A stretch of DNA of 63,399 nt, the filler included, from Craspedostauros australis (Eukaryota): NCBI GenBank assembly GCA_030167865.1. It is 11 parts of 11 records of this genome, joined end to end, with 100 filler letters (N's around TTAATTAATTAA, not from the genome) between each part and the next. Parts side by side here need not be neighbours in the genome. Positions count along the whole stretch, not along the records: positions 57,203 to 61,575 come from JALAGF010003247.1; positions 61,676 to 63,399 come from JALAGF010003249.1; 9 more parts are not named here. One strand, 5' to 3'. Position 1 is the first letter of the stretch; every line of letters begins with the position of its first letter. Shown here one piece after another: positions 58,790-63,399 of this stretch. The position numbers and the translations under genes were made by a program. The notes beneath the pieces were generated by a model. That model saw only the letters and a list, made by a program, of their open reading frames with translations, searched no databases and was not told the DNA's origin.

Positions 58790-61575
58790 TCACGCCATGC
58801 TCCCGACCTCCAAGTCAAACTCGCCTCCCAAGCTCTGCACCATCATGTAGTACGTCACAGACGCCGTGGAGTTCCAGAGCACCTGGTGGTGTGATCCGCA
58901 CGCTGTGATGGTGCTGCTCCCGTCTTCTCGCTCAGTATCCACACATTGTAGCACATCGCAGCTGAAGGTATCTTCATCGACGGCTCTCGTCCGTGGATAA
59001 GGTTCATCGACGATGATGATGACGGGGAAGTTTGGATCCGTGTCAATATTGTCAACAATGACAGATCCGTAGTGGTCGAAGTTGATCTCACTGATGGAAA
59101 CATACGTGGGCAGCCGACCTGCAGTGTTGCACGTCGAGGCATACATCGGACCGCCTGTGCCTTTCACCTTGTACCACACTCCACCAGTGCCTCGAGTTTG
59201 GGGTGGGGCGTCGCATCCCCCATACTCAAGGGCACCCTCAGATGTGCCTGTGATTCGTCCCACCGCAACCGCTGACGATCCTGATGTCACCAGCTCCAAC
59301 GAGATCGCTCGGCTGCAGATGTCGTTGTACGGGGAGATGCGGAAGTCCACGACGCCGTAGTCCTCGTCCAGGTCACGACCAGACACACGGATGAAGTACA
59401 GGACGTCCACCTCTGACGTCCATCGGATGGACCTGCCTCTGCCCTGCGCGATCTCGTTGAAGTCGCGATTCACACTCAAGAACACATCGCTGCAGTTCAT
59501 CTCCATCCCAATCGACGGCACTGCGTCTGTGGATCCTACCGAGTCGTCGACATTGGCGGCACATGACAAGGACGTGCATTCATCGCCGCGGTACATCGTC
59601 ACCTGCGTGTTGAACTGTGTGTAGATGGAGCATGTGGATGCGATGAGGTCCATCCCGTTCCCGATGAAGGAGAACCACACATCACGTCCTTCGGCGTCTG
59701 TGTCAGATGAGGTTGTCGATGGACATGATGGATAGTCCTGAATGGTGCGATCACCTTTGACGCTGATGAAACTGCGAGTTGCGCTCCTTGTTGTGATGGT
59801 TCTGTACTTGCCATCGAGGGGCAGCGGACCGATAGCCGATCTGCACTTGTCGTTGACGGCTGCATCCTCAACAGTGAGGGTGAAGGTGGGATGCAGTGTG
59901 GTCGTGTCGCTATCGGTATCGCTATCGGTATTCATCGTCACCTGCTGCGCGTCACTGTCAATGTCGCTACCAACAGTATCGGTACCAACACTAGCTGCAC
60001 CAGCAACAGCTGCTGTGTTCTCAACTGCGAGCTTGACGACGACGAAGTACTCTTGATCGAACGTCGTCTTCCATGTGGCGGATGTGTGATTGTTGCAGGG
60101 TGTCTTGACCAAGAACTCTGGCGATGGACTTGCTGAGGTCACATCGATGAGCTGGCGGAGGTTGTCACAGGATGCCGTGTTGCCATCGTTAGCAAAGATG
60201 AAGATCGATGTGGATGTGGATGTGGATGTAGATGTTTGCAGCAGCATGGATCCTGGATGGCATGTGGATGCTGTGAGCGGTTGGCCGGTTCCCTTGACGC
60301 TGTACCAGAAGAGGTACTCATCGTGATCGTCCGATTCTGTGACTATGTGTGTGTCATCGGAAATGATGGGAATGGTGGGAGGCATCTCTTCCACTGTCTT
60401 GATGGTTGGATGTAGCACTCCGATGGTGGTGGTCCCATCCGTCGGGATTGCGGTTGCCGTTTGGCATGTCTGGTTTGAAGATGGATCCACTTCCCGCAGT
60501 GTGATTGTGCAATCGAATTTGTTGGGTGATCGGTCTTCTGGTGTGTGAACTATTTTGGTGAGAGGCATGTCGCGTGATACGAGTAGATGTACAGCAAGAG
60601 TCATCCAGTTCATGGAAAGCAGGTGGTTGTGAAAGGTGAGAAGAATCGTTGACCAACGTACTTGAAGGAGATACAGGCAATCGGGACACAAGCAGTGGAA
60701 TTCCGTGCACGGAATCAGAAGCAAAAGGCATCCAACTCGCAACAATGCAAGTCTCACGTACCAATGAGCTTGTACTCCACTCCTTCATGTGCGTACCACT
60801 CCAACACGCTGCAGAATTCGTTCTCACTGTCCTCGTCGTTTTCAGCACGCAGGAACGTGGATGCATCATCATTGGCATCGATGCATTGCAGATCTCCACA
60901 TGTCCCAGTGAACACGCTGATTTTGGTGTTGATCTTGGTCTTTGCGTTGCACGTTGATGCACGCAGAATGGAGCCTGTGCCAGTCGTGTTGAACCAATTT
61001 CCTCGGTAGGCATCAAAGAAACTGCCTCTGGTGTCGATGAGAACGTCGTTTCCGCATGATACGACGGGATCAACCTCTGGAACTAGCCCCTCGAGGGTGG
61101 TGGAGACGCTCGATCCGATGGGAAGCCCGATTGGTGAGGCACAGAACACTGGATCTGGTGGTGCCTTCCTGTCTTCGTTTGCAGAACCAAATTTCGGGAC
61201 CGAGAGTACAAAATCGCCAACAGTGTTGCCGGCTCCATGCACCAAGGCGAAGTAGCGACCGTCAGCGTTGGGCACGACGGAAGCGATCCCCACTCTGCCA
61301 CTGATGCATTGCGATTCATCACAGCTGCCACCCTCAAACAGGGAAACTTGTGGAATGAATCCATCAGTGATAGGAGTCGCTATCACGTCAACGGCGAATC
61401 CCAAATCGATAAGAAAGGAATCGAAAGCCAGTTCGAACCACACTCCGGGCGCAGTGGAAACGGCACTGCCACAATCCCCAACTTTCGGAGGCTGGACGAT
61501 TCCGCTCTTAGTTGAGGATATCACTGAGTCCGTTGATGCAGGAACGAAGACGGCATCCTCGCACCGGGAGCTGCT
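58790..61575 (-). CDS. Extracellular repeat-domain protein (repeated N..C..A / GVWY..GTG...ASTC...L.C modules); 5' truncated by gap; intron 60761-60550
   Basis: About five related modules. Donor G|GTACGT at 60761 and acceptor AAATAG| at 60550 give in-frame YKLI-VHTP, matching the module ends YFIRVSG and YYMMVQS. Confidence 0.8.
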
Positions 61576-62136
61576 NNNNNNNNNNNNNNNNNNNNNNNNN
61601 NNNNNNNNNNNNNNNNNNNTTAATTAATTAANNNNNNNNNNNNNNNNNNNNNNNNNNNNNNNNNNNNNNNNNNNNGGAAGAAAAAAGAACGTTTTGGGAC
61701 GAATGACCACTGCGACTCTATTGAAGCGCCAATGAGCACCGTAGCGTCTGTGCGTTATTCACCTAATAGGTAGCTTTCCCATGAGTTTTAGCCCTCCATA
61801 ACTCTTAAAATATAAGGTCTTTGAGGGGTCTAAGGTGTTCAATAGAAACTTAACATTGATTTTAAGAGATATACGCAATTTTATACCCGATCCGTGCTGC
61901 GATGCCAACTTGGGCGTAACCTTTTCGCTCACCAGGGTCTTAAGTAGAGCCCAATACCGTTTGTTCGTTTTCGTGGAGGTCGACAGGTTTTATCATTGCG
62001 CGACTGTGACAATAACGAAGAGGGAAACGAGAAGGCGCAAGACTTGTTGGTGTGCGTTGTACAAGGTACCTAAATAGTTTTTGTGTTATGCTGCGAGTTG
62101 CCGTGATCGTTCTGTCCGTGTCGTGACTTCGCCAGG

Positions 62137-63399
62137 TTAAGCCGCTTCATCACCTTTCGCGGTCAATCTGCTCAAGTAGAAGCCAGCGTTCTTCTTCTCT
62201 GGTTGGTGCGTCACACGACCACCTGCCAACACGAGCTTCCAGTACGCAACCGCACCATGGATCGTGAACGCTTGATCACCTTCGGTGACCACCATGTCAC
62301 GCACAGAACAGTTGGTCTCAACCGCGTTGTCACCGTGTTTGGTGGTCAAAGCGAGATCGAGGCTGATGTCAGACGGAAAGATCAACAACCAGAAAGAGAA
62401 CTTGCGAACCGGAGAGGCTTGGACTTTCGCGACAGTGGCAGAGAGGGCGGTCTGTGCTGTTCCTGCGGCTTCGTCGTGGCAGTAAAATGCCTCGTCGCGA
62501 CACATCCAGGCGTTCACGCTTGGGCCGCGGATCATCAGAGAACGATGCTCAATGCCAGGAATGTGAGTGGGGATCTCAGCACTCCACAAGTTGACATCCT
62601 GCAGGGCGCAAGGAACACGGACATGAAAGCCTGCGAAGTTGCCATTTGTGACACCGATGTCGTTGATGAAATCAACAAGGAATTCGCGATTGCGTTCTGG
62701 AGCCTGGTGGTTGATTGCAACAGTGTATGGGTTTGTTGCTGTTCCATCTTCCTTCCGCGCGAACAAGGAATGGAAGGTGTCATCACTTGGACGAGCGCTG
62801 GAGGAGTTGTTGTCCTCGTCGCTCATGGATGACTCAGTGGATGCGCTCGATGCAGACCCAACACGATCTGGGAGTTCGATCTCTGCCTTTGGAGGCTTGG
62901 TTTGTGGACTCCCGAAGATACCAAGTGGTTTGGCGAGGCCATCAGAGCTGAGCTTCATGTTTGTTGTTGGTGTTGTTGGTGCTGTTGGCTGCGAATAGGC
63001 AGGGTGGACATGCAGTGTGTGAGGTGATGACACACGAGTCGGTGCAAAACGAACGAAGGGTGGCTGTAGTGAGAGATCACTCGCGCGGCCACACAAATCG
63101 TCAACACACGGATGGGTGCCCTGATGATGTGCCAATTCAACCAGAGATCCTGGGCCTGGTGCAATGCCGTTTTGTCGGAGAAATTTGAAGTAGCTTTTGA
63201 TGCTGCGCTTCTTCAGATTTCCAAATGCCCGCCTGCTGAAGGCACGAAGCTCATCACCGCGTTTACCAAACATAGCTGGCTGATTGTCGCAGATGTCTGT
63301 CGCGAACCTGATCTGGCTTCGTGCCTTGCCTGAACGCTCGACAGCAGAGGCAATCTGCAGAGATAGAGACTTACTCGTGCTTGGGAGATTGTCGACGGT
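62137..63399 (-). CDS. Unknown protein, 5' open at window edge; possibly a DNA-transposon accessory ORF
   Basis: The frame stays open 42 codons upstream of the listed Met, to the end of the window. Globular C-terminus (DGT.TNPY.V....PERNREF). The transposon link is inference only. Confidence 0.6.
   Translation of the reverse strand, partial: TVDNLPSTSKSLSLQIASAVERSGKARSQIRFATDICDNQPAMFGKRGDELRAFSRRAFGNLKKRSIKSYFKFLRQNGIAPGPGSLVELAHHQGTHPCVDDLCGRASDLSLQPPFVRFAPTRVSSPHTLHVHPAYSQPTAPTTPTTNMKLSSDGLAKPLGIFGSPQTKPPKAEIELPDRVGSASSASTESSMSDEDNNSSSARPSDDTFHSLFARKEDGTATNPYTVAINHQAPERNREFLVDFINDIGVTNGNFAGFHVRVPCALQDVNLWSAEIPTHIPGIEHRSLMIRGPSVNAWMCRDEAFYCHDEAAGTAQTALSATVAKVQASPVRKFSFWLLIFPSDISLDLALTTKHGDNAVETNCSVRDMVVTEGDQAFTIHGAVAYWKLVLAGGRVTHQPEKKNAGFYLSRLTAKGDEAA

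Larger units (their letters stand above)
29342..61675. other. Artificial contig-join linkers (N-run, TTAATTAATTAA, N-run) at about 29386, 36520, 38275, 39680, 45083, 51546, 54396, 56031, 57147 and 61620
   Basis: The same six-frame-stop 12-mer is embedded in N runs ten times. Confidence 0.97.

Overview
Eukaryotic nuclear DNA, almost certainly from a diatom. The evidence is ASAFAP-type plastid-targeting motifs, a diatom-type LRR protein, a DUF6824 protein, CoDi-type copia gag and short GT-AG introns. It comes from a scaffolded assembly with ten artificial N...TTAATTAATTAA...N linkers after 29.3 kb. The first ~27 kb is gene-dense: a frameshifted membrane-protein pseudogene, a PT-repeat LRR receptor-like gene, a decayed MORN gene, ABA4-like, SDR, NOP14 (two exons, with a Tudor-like insert), a plastid-targeted SNase nuclease, a Cys-rich surface protein, a STAND ATPase and a DUF829/TMEM53 gene. 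From ~27 kb onward it is mostly a nest of transposons: copia relics, a near-intact copia pol, a LINE RT, one LTR family in three copies, a hairpin MITE, an inverted-repeat pair 8.7 kb apart and a 5-kb open ORF built from copia remnants. A few host genes sit among them. All calls come from reading motifs by eye; no searches were run. I found no prokaryote-style defence or CRISPR system.
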